Shown here piece by piece: positions 1 through 10,000 of a stretch of DNA of 64,000 bases. This DNA is from a virus (Duplodnaviria; Caudoviricetes): IMG/VR virus record IMGVR_UViG_3300013902_000016, positions 401-64,400 of that record; one strand, written 5' to 3'. The translations under genes were made by a program, and so were the position numbers. Each line of letters starts with the position of its first letter. The stretch's first letter is position 1. The notes beneath the pieces are model-generated. The model saw only the letters and a list, made by a program, of their open reading frames with translations, had not been told where the DNA came from and did no database searches.

Positions 1-2
1 GA

Positions 3-317
3 ACAGGAACTAATAGACCATTTTATAATGGCGACATTATTTTAAAACAAGATTATAAAAATTTTGACAAAATCCTTTTTATTATGAGTAACGATGATGG
101 TAATTTAGTTTCATCTTATTTAATTGATGTATGGAATTTATTATACTTATTTGATAATTCATATAGGTTTAGCATACACGGCGATAATGATTTATACTGG
201 TGTTTTTATGGGACTAAAAGATGGGGAAACACTACAGCTCGTCGTAGTACGAATACGTTCTGGAGAACACAAAACCAAAATTGCGGAATAATTGAAATAT
301 ATGGATTAAAGTATTAA
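3..317 (+). CDS. 5'-truncated tail-fibre-like C-terminal domain
   Basis: Frame is open from the window edge (TGTNRPFYNGDIILKQDYKNFDKILFIMSNDDG...); resembles phage tail-fibre C-termini and is followed by tail-accessory-type small genes. Confidence 0.5.
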   Translation, partial: TGTNRPFYNGDIILKQDYKNFDKILFIMSNDDGNLVSSYLIDVWNLLYLFDNSYRFSIHGDNDLYWCFYGTKRWGNTTARRSTNTFWRTQNQNCGIIEIYGLKY

Positions 318-332
318 AAGGGAGGTATTTAA

Positions 333-716
333 ATGTTTTATTTATTTATAAACGGTAAATGTGATACAAAATGTGCAGATAGGAAACGTCTTGCAGAATT
401 GGTTCAAAATATGCCAGACGAAGAGGCTACTATTTATGAATTTAGCTTAGATGTAAATCCGACACTATTAGAAATAGTAAATGGCGAGGCATGTTTTAAA
501 CAACCAGACGAAAATACAAAGATCATATCTTCTGATGAAGAAGAAAAAGCGCAGGCGGCACGGCAGCAGCTTGACGCAGAGTATGAATCAACCAAGAGCC
601 AGCTCGCAGATGATTTGACGACAGCTATCTTGCGCGGTGATACAGAAGCGCAGGCAAGTATCCAATCGGATTACAAAGATTTAGAAGCGTCCTATGCTGA
701 CGCTATTGCAGAATAG
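333..716 (+). CDS. Tail-associated hypothetical protein (possible fibre chaperone)
   Basis: RBS ggagg; 127 aa with helical C-terminus; follows the fibre gene. Confidence 0.5.
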   Translation: MFYLFINGKCDTKCADRKRLAELVQNMPDEEATIYEFSLDVNPTLLEIVNGEACFKQPDENTKIISSDEEEKAQAARQQLDAEYESTKSQLADDLTTAILRGDTEAQASIQSDYKDLEASYADAIAE

Positions 717-733
717 GAAAGGAGGTGTAAATT

Positions 734-877
734 ATGGCATTATTTAAACCGGCGAAACGCTGCCCATTTTGCGCACATAAATTAGACGCAACAACGAAAT
801 TATGCACAAATCAAAACTGTATCGACTATAACGGAAAAATCACAAAGGACAAACAAACAGTAAACAACAATAAATAG
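734..877 (+). CDS. Small Zn-finger-like protein, 47 aa (not in ORF track)
   Basis: RBS aaggaggt; MALFKPAKRCPFCAHKLDATTKLCTNQNCIDY, with CxxC...Cx4C. Confidence 0.65.
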   Translation: MALFKPAKRCPFCAHKLDATTKLCTNQNCIDYNGKITKDKQTVNNNK

Positions 878-888
878 GAGATGATAAT

Positions 889-1137
889 ATGCAAGAAAAA
901 GCACGTAAAATTGTAATGAATTATTTTAACAACCATGTTTATGTAACTGACAAAAAGAAACTTACAATGGATAACGTATTTATTGTGTGGTTTAGCAAGA
1001 CGCTTCAGAATTGGAAAGCACTTGTTAGCACAACGGCTGCTGATGGCATGTATTATGAAGTTACGCACAACGGCGACAAAAACGAAACTTACGTTGATGT
1101 ATATAAGAAATGGGAAAATTACACGGTGAAAGATTAG
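889..1137 (+). CDS. Conserved phage protein (DUF6275-like)
   Basis: VWFSKTLQNWKALVST...GMYYEVTHNGDKNETYVDVYKKWEN motif; RBS aggag. Confidence 0.7.
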   Translation: MQEKARKIVMNYFNNHVYVTDKKKLTMDNVFIVWFSKTLQNWKALVSTTAADGMYYEVTHNGDKNETYVDVYKKWENYTVKD

Positions 1138-1147
1138 GAGAAAAATT

Positions 1148-1471
1148 ATGGAACCAATTATTAGTCATTGGTTAATATATTTGGCGGGGGTAGCAGACGT
1201 AATAAGAACAGCGTCCCTTGCTGGTATGGTATTGCTAGGTGGCATAACATGGGTACTTTTATTCGACAAAAGTAGTGGCGAACAATATCGCAGATATGGC
1301 AAATATACAGGAATAGCATTTATCATTTGTCTTATCTTAGCTACATTTATTCCGGCTGAAAAAACAGTATGGATGATGATAGGCGCATCGTGTGTAACGC
1401 CAGATAATATAACAGCAGTACAGGAAAATCTTATAGAGTTTGCTAAACAAATATCACAAGCAATTAAATAA
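1148..1471 (+). CDS. Membrane protein, paralog of 39800-40042
   Basis: 2-3 hydrophobic segments; C-terminal IP..K...TPDN motif. Confidence 0.6.
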   Translation: MEPIISHWLIYLAGVADVIRTASLAGMVLLGGITWVLLFDKSSGEQYRRYGKYTGIAFIICLILATFIPAEKTVWMMIGASCVTPDNITAVQENLIEFAKQISQAIK

Positions 1472-1488
1472 AAAAAGGAGATAGAAAA

Positions 1489-1668
1489 ATGAAATATCGT
1501 AAGAAACCCGTTGTTATTGAAGCATATCAGACAAAAGAAGAAAAAATTATTCACACACTCGAAGGTGACATGAAAGCCAGTGTTGGCGATTATATCATTA
1601 CTGGTGTAAACGGAGAACAGTATCCGTGCAAGTCAGATATTTTCGAAAAAACTTACGAAAAAGTATGA
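1489..1668 (+). CDS. Small conserved phage protein, 59 aa (PGDYG-like; not in ORF track)
   Basis: RBS aaggag; [12 protein letters not shown]...[35 protein letters not shown]. Confidence 0.75.
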   Translation: MKYRKKPVVIEAYQTKEEKIIHTLEGDMKASVGDYIITGVNGEQYPCKSDIFEKTYEKV

Positions 1669-3017
1669 GAAGGACAAATAAACATCAAATAAATAGGGTA
1701 TCTTTTGTCGGCATGACGGGTGGTGTAAACATATCGCAAGCACCTGAACAGATAGCTGATACAGAGATGCAAAAAGCACAAAATTTCATATATGCAATAG
1801 ATAGTAAACGATTAAAAGGGCGTGGCGGACTGGGATTACTATATACAATGAACGAAACCATTCGTGATATGTGGTATGACGTAGACACCAACGTCCTTTT
1901 ACTATTCACAACGACATTCAAGGCATATCGGTATGTTATGGGGCAAGAACCTGTTCTTATTGGTGACTTAAACGGAAGCCAATCGCCAATGTGTGCAAAA
2001 TTCATGGATAAAATATGGATTGCAAGTGGCGGTAAATTACAGTATTACGATTATACGCAAAATGGAGAATTACAAACCGTTTCTAGCTCACCGACATGTT
2101 CTATGGTATTTCAACGTTTTTCACGTATAGCGGTATCACAAGATGGAACCAACGGATTTTATTTATCATCGGTTGGGGATGGTACCGAGTGGGAAGAAGA
2201 TACCAATAGGGCTGATAAAGAACAATGGTTAGATGTTGGATATGGTGATAGTGGCACAATCACGGCTATAGTACCACTTGCAACTGATATTATTTTTATC
2301 AAATCAAATGGCAAGATATATCAGCTAAGTGGTGATGCCGACCCGAATGATTGGCAGGTAACAGAAATAGCCAATGGCACCGACCCAGCAGGCACGAATT
2401 GTGCAGTAAACATTGGCAATTCCGTTGTATTTTTGTCTATACGTGGCTTAAAGTCATTGGCGGCAGTTATGGAGTACGGCAATATTGCTACGGCTGATAT
2501 AGGAGATAAATTCAATGGTTTAATCACTGATAGTATGTATGAGCCAAGGTTTTATCACTTGCAACGGCATAGTTTATTACTAATACGCCCAACTACTGAT
2601 TATAGTTATTTTGTAGCATACAACTATCAGTTGGGTAGCGCAACAACACTTAAATTCAATATGGATATAGACGCTATATGTGAAACGAGCGATGACATAT
2701 TAGTGTCAAGCAAAAACAAGATATATCAGTGGGATGATAGATATACCGATGATGACGGCAAAAAGATAGAGTACATATTACAGCCAAAAGCCACGATGAG
2801 TACGGAACAGATGCTCATGAAAGCGATAGATACTAAATTTTCGTCGGATTATTCCGGCAAGGCAACCGTTCAAGAGGGAACATTGAACGTATCTGTACCA
2901 ACTGACACAAGAAATAAAATTAAATGTAATCACTCTACGGCTTATATGGATATAAAAATTATATCCAATGACAGATTTATCGTAGATCATATTATGGTAG
3001 AGGTGGCAGATTTATGA
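1665..3017 (+). CDS. Head-completion/tail stabilisation protein (P22 gp10 / T7 gp12-like beta-propeller)
   Basis: Beta-rich 450 aa; precedes the GNAT-like and ejection genes as in podoviruses; start moved to ATG 1665 overlapping the upstream stop. Confidence 0.6.
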   Translation: MRRTNKHQINRVSFVGMTGGVNISQAPEQIADTEMQKAQNFIYAIDSKRLKGRGGLGLLYTMNETIRDMWYDVDTNVLLLFTTTFKAYRYVMGQEPVLIGDLNGSQSPMCAKFMDKIWIASGGKLQYYDYTQNGELQTVSSSPTCSMVFQRFSRIAVSQDGTNGFYLSSVGDGTEWEEDTNRADKEQWLDVGYGDSGTITAIVPLATDIIFIKSNGKIYQLSGDADPNDWQVTEIANGTDPAGTNCAVNIGNSVVFLSIRGLKSLAAVMEYGNIATADIGDKFNGLITDSMYEPRFYHLQRHSLLLIRPTTDYSYFVAYNYQLGSATTLKFNMDIDAICETSDDILVSSKNKIYQWDDRYTDDDGKKIEYILQPKATMSTEQMLMKAIDTKFSSDYSGKATVQEGTLNVSVPTDTRNKIKCNHSTAYMDIKIISNDRFIVDHIMVEVADL

Positions 3018-3472
3018 GAAAAGAATTATTGGGATGGATAAAGGAATACGAAGAAAAGACAAATGATAAATTCTATGTGCTTCCTGATTTTACATTATGG
3101 TATATTCCTGAAAGGGGATTTTGCCAGTGGCGGGCAATGGATAAAGAGAAAACCATTCTATGTTGGAATCTTTGCCACGACGCTAAATTTTGGCGTGACG
3201 CATTAGAGTGCGTGGCGTTGCAATGGGGATACGACAGAATCATGACAACATGCATATTGCCGATTAAGGCGTATATACGCTATTGGGGATGGGAAATTAT
3301 GCAGACATTTACTAAAGACGGAATGAGCCGATATATATGTAAAGATAAGCAAGATAGAGAAGTAGTTATCACACCGAAAAGCGTAAATGAAGACGGTACC
3401 GTAAATTATTTTGTTACAAACGAATTACGGCGAAAATATAAGCCGTGGAAAAATTACGATGAAAGGGCGTGA
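3014..3472 (+). CDS. Hypothetical protein, possibly GNAT-like virion assembly factor
   Basis: Position equivalent to podoviral GNAT-like genes; ATGA overlap with upstream gene. Confidence 0.45.
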   Translation: MRKELLGWIKEYEEKTNDKFYVLPDFTLWYIPERGFCQWRAMDKEKTILCWNLCHDAKFWRDALECVALQWGYDRIMTTCILPIKAYIRYWGWEIMQTFTKDGMSRYICKDKQDREVVITPKSVNEDGTVNYFVTNELRRKYKPWKNYDERA

Positions 3473-3476
3473 TTAG

Positions 3477-4598
3477 ATGGGCAAAAAAGGTGGTGGCAGT
3501 AGCACCACAACTTATACACCAAGTGCAGAAGAAAGAGCGTTACAAAACGAAGAATTAGAGTATATACGGCAGGTTAAGCCGAACGCATTTAAGCTGAATG
3601 ATGTAGCAGGAAACCTGCTATACAATTCTTTGGGTGATACAAAAGTAGACTACAATCAGCTAATGAATGATGCACTTAACCAAGTTAAATGGGGACAACA
3701 GGGAATACGTAACTTGGCTGATGGGAATATTCCATCAAACTATCAAACAGCAATGGAAAACAGCATTAAAAGTGGTGTGCAAAACAGCATGGGTAATTTA
3801 CTAAGCGATTTAGGCAATCGTGGCGTAGTCAGCTCAAGTGTCATGGATACAGGACTTAAAGGAATTAGTGATAGTGCGTCAAACGCAATGGCACAGAACT
3901 GGAGCAATACAGTAAGCCAGTTACAATCATTATACGGAAGTGGAATAGATGCAGCCGGGCAAGGGACAGCTAATGCGTCGGCAGCACAGGAAGCAGCACA
4001 GAACCCGGCACTTAATTTATGGAATGCGTCGTTAGGATTGAACGGAGCCACTACAGGAGCGTTAGCAGCTATTGGCGGCAAAGGTACAACTACAAATCAA
4101 CAAAGCAGCGGCGGGAGCGGTTTATTTGGCGGCTTATTATCCGCAGCAGGCAGCTTTTATTGCTTTGCCCCTGAAACTAAAGTACGTTTAGCTGATGGCA
4201 AAGAAGTGTTGATAGGAGATATACGTGTAGGTGACAAGGTACTTTCACCACACGCAGACGGAACAGAAACGGTGGAAACCATATTACATACACTCGAACC
4301 TCACTACGCAGATTGTTACAATGTTGTTTGTAAAGACGGCAGAGAAACAAAATATGTATCAGCAACGCTCACACAGCCTATCATGAGTTCTGACGGCTCT
4401 TTTATTGAAGTAGGTAATATTACACTAGGGACTAAGATAAAAGGGTGTGGAACGGTAATTAATATGGTTTACAGTGGCGAACGCAAGGTGCGTGATTTAC
4501 AGACAAGCGGCGTTAATACCTATTATGCAGATGGTTTTATTGCATTAGGCGGCAGTGCGGAAAACTGGGTAAAAGAAGGTGGAAAAGTTGGCGAATAA
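3477..4598 (+). CDS. Putative ejection/pilot protein with C-terminal Hint domain
   Basis: MGKKGGGSSTTT start, Gly/Ala/Asn-rich body; Hint block A CFAPETKVRLADG at 4161, I.DIRVGDKV, and terminal VRDLQTSGVNTYYADG. Confidence 0.7.
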   Translation: MGKKGGGSSTTTYTPSAEERALQNEELEYIRQVKPNAFKLNDVAGNLLYNSLGDTKVDYNQLMNDALNQVKWGQQGIRNLADGNIPSNYQTAMENSIKSGVQNSMGNLLSDLGNRGVVSSSVMDTGLKGISDSASNAMAQNWSNTVSQLQSLYGSGIDAAGQGTANASAAQEAAQNPALNLWNASLGLNGATTGALAAIGGKGTTTNQQSSGGSGLFGGLLSAAGSFYCFAPETKVRLADGKEVLIGDIRVGDKVLSPHADGTETVETILHTLEPHYADCYNVVCKDGRETKYVSATLTQPIMSSDGSFIEVGNITLGTKIKGCGTVINMVYSGERKVRDLQTSGVNTYYADGFIALGGSAENWVKEGGKVGE

Positions 4599-7080
4599 AT
4601 TATCCAATATAAATAAAAGTATACAGACAGGAAGCCAAGTAAAAAGCAACTGGACGTTACCAACAAACCAGTTTGTACAGATGGCGTATAATGACCCTAA
4701 ATTTGCATTAGGCAACTTACTGGGTACGTATTTATTAAACAGGTATGTTGGCAACGTAGATAACGGCGAAGCAAATGACATGCAGCCTAAACTTACAGCT
4801 AACAGCGGAACTCTTCCCGATTATCAAAGCACGCTTAACGCCGATACAGGTCATAGATTCCAAGTGGATGAAAACGGCAATGTAGCATATCATGCGCCGA
4901 CGCTTTCACCTGCTATTACAGTAGATAACCCGATACAGGCAAATCAAGATTTTAAAGATTACTATAATTCGTACAATAATAAAAACATTGATGGATCTGG
5001 TTTGCTTGATATGACGCAGCTTGCACAAATGGCAGGAGTAGCACCTGCAGCACCAACAGCCATACCAGTAACGCCGCAACAGGCGGGTGCAGTTAATCCC
5101 AATCCGTTAAATGGCGGTAACTTTGCTATTGACGGAGATTTAGGGAAGTACGCAACAACTAATCCGCAAAGCCTTACAGGCGGTACATGGAAATACCATG
5201 GACAGTTTTCCCCAAAAAACTATGGTGATATAGCATGGGCAGCCGTATCACCGACAAATGCTGATGCCCAAACAAAAAACGAGCCAATGTATACATTAAA
5301 CGGCGATTTTCCGGGAATGATTCAAACGGGTAATATAGACATTGCAAATAGACCGACGGTAAAATTGCCGGATGGAAGAATTGCAACAGTACGCAGTGCT
5401 TCATTTAATATAGATGGCAAAGAAGTATTACTGCCGACGGTATCCAAAGATGGCAAATTATGGACAGACCAAGAAGCAGTAGAAAATTATCGGAAAACAG
5501 GTGAAAATTTAGGCGTGTTTGATTCGCCCGAAGCTGCAAACCGATATGCACAGGCATTGCATGAACAACAGGATGAAATGTATGTAAGACCAAACGAACA
5601 GCCGATTAAAGACGAAACACCAATTAAGGATGAAGGACAACCGATTAAAGAAGAACCACAGCCAATTACAGCCAATGCGATACCAATTACGGAAGATAAG
5701 AAAGAACAGCTGAATGGGAATACATTGCGTATTCAATCCGCTAACGACGGTAATATATATGATTTTACTATTTCATCTGATGGCAAATGGATACAATTCC
5801 CGAACGGCGGTAAATTGCCAGCAACACAGAAAGATGCATTGATTGCAGCAATGCATAATCCCAAACAAAGCTATGATGATATAGAAGCGTTTGCAACGCC
5901 TTTGCACAATATAACGCCTAACTTGCCACAAGACGTAAAAGACGCAATAAAGAAAGACCCTGCCAAAGCAACAATGGCACGAATGATGGCGAATAATATT
6001 GATTCACGTGATATGACCGACAGCACCAACCCCGGCGTATTCACCGACAATTTACATATAGGTATCCCAAACACCATACAAAACACGGAACAAACAGCAG
6101 TAAATCCAAACGAACCACAACCTTTTAATGCCGAGCAATGGAAGCGTGATTTTATCATCAGACAGCGAAAGAAAGGCTTTTCATCTGATGTTATAAATGA
6201 TATGTTAGGCGACTTGATGCCACAAGCACAGGCACAGGAAGATAAGTATAACAGATACCAAGCAGGTATATTAATGCCACTGTATCAAACGGCGGTAGCT
6301 AATAAAGATTACTCAACAGCTGCACAGCTTGCCCAAGGAATGATGCAGTATAACCAAGAAGTCGGGAACTACATGCTTAGTAGTTTGCCAACGGCACAGA
6401 ATTTCTATGCTACTGACGTAGCAAAAGACCGTGCAGCAACAGCAGAAGAATATAAGAAAACGAATATGGATATAGCGCAGAAATACAAAGAGAAAAATGA
6501 CAAAACGGCATTTGAAAACAATAAAGCATTGAAAGAGCTTACTTATCAGCAACAAGTCCAGTTGAAACAGCTGGATGAATTTTTGAAAGAAAAAAGTATA
6601 GCGTTTAGCACACAGCAAAAGTTAGCATTTGCCGCAGCGTCGAAAGAGCAACAATACAAATGGCTTATAAGCCATGGAGCAACTAATGAACAAGCACTGG
6701 GAATTACCGGCGGCAAAGGTACATCGTCGAGAAGTAGCGGTGGCGGTTCATCTAGTGGTGGCGAAAAAATATCACAATCTCATCAAGAAGCAATGAATAA
6801 AGTTAGCGATTTATATGAAAGAGCTATGAAACCAAACGAAGATGGAACACTCGATGCTGATGCAGTAGATGCCTTGACCGAATGGGCAAATGATAACGCT
6901 GGAAAATATGATGATGATACACGAACATTAATAAGAAGTATGGCTTATGTTGCTCAAGGCGTTAGACTTGAAAAAAACGGAGCGTCTGGCGATACCGTAT
7001 ATGAAAAAGCTTTTAAATATGTACCTAAATATTATTTGGAACAGCTTTTACCTAATAGAAATTTTGATGGATACGATTAA
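4579..7080 (+). CDS. Putative internal virion/ejection protein, 833 aa
   Basis: Lies between pilot-like gene and giant gene; internal GNIDIANRPTV...ATVRSAS...EVLLPTV...TGENLGVF module. Confidence 0.55.
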   Translation: MEKLANKLSNINKSIQTGSQVKSNWTLPTNQFVQMAYNDPKFALGNLLGTYLLNRYVGNVDNGEANDMQPKLTANSGTLPDYQSTLNADTGHRFQVDENGNVAYHAPTLSPAITVDNPIQANQDFKDYYNSYNNKNIDGSGLLDMTQLAQMAGVAPAAPTAIPVTPQQAGAVNPNPLNGGNFAIDGDLGKYATTNPQSLTGGTWKYHGQFSPKNYGDIAWAAVSPTNADAQTKNEPMYTLNGDFPGMIQTGNIDIANRPTVKLPDGRIATVRSASFNIDGKEVLLPTVSKDGKLWTDQEAVENYRKTGENLGVFDSPEAANRYAQALHEQQDEMYVRPNEQPIKDETPIKDEGQPIKEEPQPITANAIPITEDKKEQLNGNTLRIQSANDGNIYDFTISSDGKWIQFPNGGKLPATQKDALIAAMHNPKQSYDDIEAFATPLHNITPNLPQDVKDAIKKDPAKATMARMMANNIDSRDMTDSTNPGVFTDNLHIGIPNTIQNTEQTAVNPNEPQPFNAEQWKRDFIIRQRKKGFSSDVINDMLGDLMPQAQAQEDKYNRYQAGILMPLYQTAVANKDYSTAAQLAQGMMQYNQEVGNYMLSSLPTAQNFYATDVAKDRAATAEEYKKTNMDIAQKYKEKNDKTAFENNKALKELTYQQQVQLKQLDEFLKEKSIAFSTQQKLAFAAASKEQQYKWLISHGATNEQALGITGGKGTSSRSSGGGSSSGGEKISQSHQEAMNKVSDLYERAMKPNEDGTLDADAVDALTEWANDNAGKYDDDTRTLIRSMAYVAQGVRLEKNGASGDTVYEKAFKYVPKYYLEQLLPNRNFDGYD

Positions 7081-7099
7081 TTATTGAAAGGACTGTACT

Positions 7100-10000
7100 A
7101 TGTCTAAATTAAGCGATTACTTACTGAATAATACGAATATACAAGATGTACCTGAAGGAGCGGCACCGGGATATGAAGATAATTCTGATTCCGATTCTTC
7201 TAGTAGTAGTGGTTCTTTTTTTGATTCGGCAAAAAAGTGGTGGCATGAATATACCGACGCAGTATCAGAAGGTCGCCCAATGTGGAAAGAAGAAGCAACG
7301 GTAAGCCCAGTTGATTGGGGTACAGCAGGTGGCAACGGCTCTATGCCGACCACCTTTTCTAATTCCACATATCAAAGCATGCAAAACCCTGATACTACGC
7401 TTAGTGATGTCGGCAATGCCATAGTAGACAGAGTGTCAGAAATCACACCACAGCCGATTGTTGATGCATTTACGCCACAGACAATAGCACCTAACTGGCA
7501 GCCAAGACCACTTGATGACAGTGTATATACTGATATACCTGGTACGCCAACTGCTAGCGGAGAGTTTGGCGCATTGGAAGATGAAAGTGTACGCAAAAAG
7601 CGCATGGATGAAGCAGCACAATATATGGCAGATAATTACCCCCGTGCCTATTCAGCTATGTTGGGAGCGGTATCGGGGGCAGCTAATGTTGCAGGCGGTA
7701 TCCGTAACGCAATAGGTGGAGAAAACAGTGACTGGATTCTACGTAATGCAGAAAAATCGGAAGAAGCTATGAAAAAATTCCGTCAGCAGTGGGAAAACCA
7801 GTACGGTGATAGCGGATACTTGTTAAACCCGAATGGGCTTGCCAATGATATTGGTAACGGTATCGGTTCCAGCCTTCCTATCATGGGATTGTCGTTATTA
7901 GCCCCTGAAGCGGCAGTAGGCATTGGTACAAGAGCTATTACAAGTGCGCTTACACGTGCAGGGCTTGGAAAATTAGCAGGAAGCAAAGTAGGGCAGGCAC
8001 TTATTAAAGAAGTTGCATCAAGCCCAATGTCTACAGCAGGCGACACTATGGCTGAATACGGCTCGATGGTTGATGAGCTTGTACAAAGCGGTATGAGTGA
8101 AGAAGAAGCGAGAGAAAAAGCAAAATCTATTATTCCTCGAAATATTGCTCTTGATACATTAACTCTTCCAGGCGAATTGTACGTTATGAAAGGTGCAAAA
8201 GGCTTGGGACGCAGATTCCAAGCAGCAAGCACGGATAGTATCGGCAAACGAATTGGAAAAGGAATGGCACGTGCTGGAGTAATGTCTGTTGGCAGTGCCA
8301 TTCCTGAAGGATACCAAGAAGGCGCACAGAACGCTTTGGAAGATAATGTAAAAGGTGAACGAAATACAAACTGGTTTAGCCCGTTCTCATGGAATGACGA
8401 TGACTTAGAAGCTGCACGTGCCGGGGCAGTTGGTGGTGCATTTATGGGTATTCCCGGCAACGTTGCCAAAGGCATGCAGACATATTCCAATACAGGCAAT
8501 GCAGGTATAGACGCAACGGTAGATGCCGCTAATGAATACGGCTTAGACCCTAAAGGATTGTTGTCAATTGGCGCAAGAGAAAGCGGTGGCGACGATGTAA
8601 CTGCCATTGGATCGGCTAGCCCAAATGCATTCCAAATTACAGATGAATCAGCAAGCGATTACGGCGTAGATGAGATGTATCCTGAATGGAAAACAGACTT
8701 AAAGCAGAATGCGGAAGCAGCCGCATTTATTCTTACCAAAAAAATCGAAGAAAACGGCGGCGACTTCTGGGCTGGAGTACGTGCATATAACGGTGCAGGA
8801 CAGGCGGCAGATGAGTATTTAGCAACAGTACAGAATACCTATAACAATATTCCTGATGGCTATGTTAGCAGCGGCGGTGGTAGTGGAATACAGCCATACA
8901 ACTTGCCGACGCAGGGTGCAGATATTGACGAACAGGTAAGCAATTTAACACCCGAATTTCAATCGGCATTGCCTACTATTGGCGGCATACTGAATGAAAT
9001 GGGATTAGCTGATGGAGCGGCTATTTCATCGGCTGCACGCACGCCCGAACATAACGCAGAAGTAGGCGGGGCAGAAAATTCCTATCATGTACATAATGAC
9101 GCAGTAGACATTGTATTGCCGGAAGGAACGACACAGGAACAGGCTGATGCCGTTGCAGAACGATTCCGTGAAACTGGGGCATTTAAGGAAGTATTATTCC
9201 ATGATGCAGGTAGCGGCTATCACTTACATTTAGGCGGGTATAACGGTGGCTTGAATAGTCGTGGCGGTGGTGTAGGCGGCACGGTAGAAGGTTCTTATAA
9301 TGGTGATGGCGGCGCAGCTTATATGGAAGCGCAGCGTGAAGCAGATAGAGAATATCAGCAGGAACAGCGTGATAGGGACAATGCATATCAGCAGGAAATA
9401 ACTAATATCATGAATGACAATTCTGCTGAAACCATTGCGGATGATGTGGACAAAGAAATGAAGGACGCCAAAACACAGCAGGAAGAAGGAATGAAAGCCT
9501 TAACGCCTGACCAGCAAAAAGAAGAAATTGGCAACTACCTTGATTCTGTATCCCAAGATGATATAAGCGATGCAGATTTTAATACATTATGGGATGCCAC
9601 ACAATCAAACGACCCTAAACAGATACAGACTGCATATCAGACGATGCAGGTTAATAAGCAGCAGACGGCACAACAAACAAAGCAGCCGATTCAGCCAGTA
9701 AATACGCCTGTACAGCAAACTGAAAAACAGCAGCCTAAACAACAGCCTGCACAACAAGTCAGCATGAATAATGAAACAACTAATCCGATAGCCCAAGCAA
9801 CACAGGGAACACAGGATAATAAGCAAACACAACCTTTAGAACAGACAGTACAACCGCCGCTAAATACAGCACCAAACAGTAAACCAATTCAACAAGGAGA
9901 AATAAAAAATGAAACAACGCAAAGCACCGAAGGCACCAACAATCAAAATGTCAACACCGAATCTAAAGAAAATCAGCGTGAAAATGCCGAAACCGTACAA

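Noticed and set aside
4161-4598. Canonical splicing intein
   Set aside because: No His-Asn terminus or C-extein Cys/Ser/Thr; domain is C-terminal
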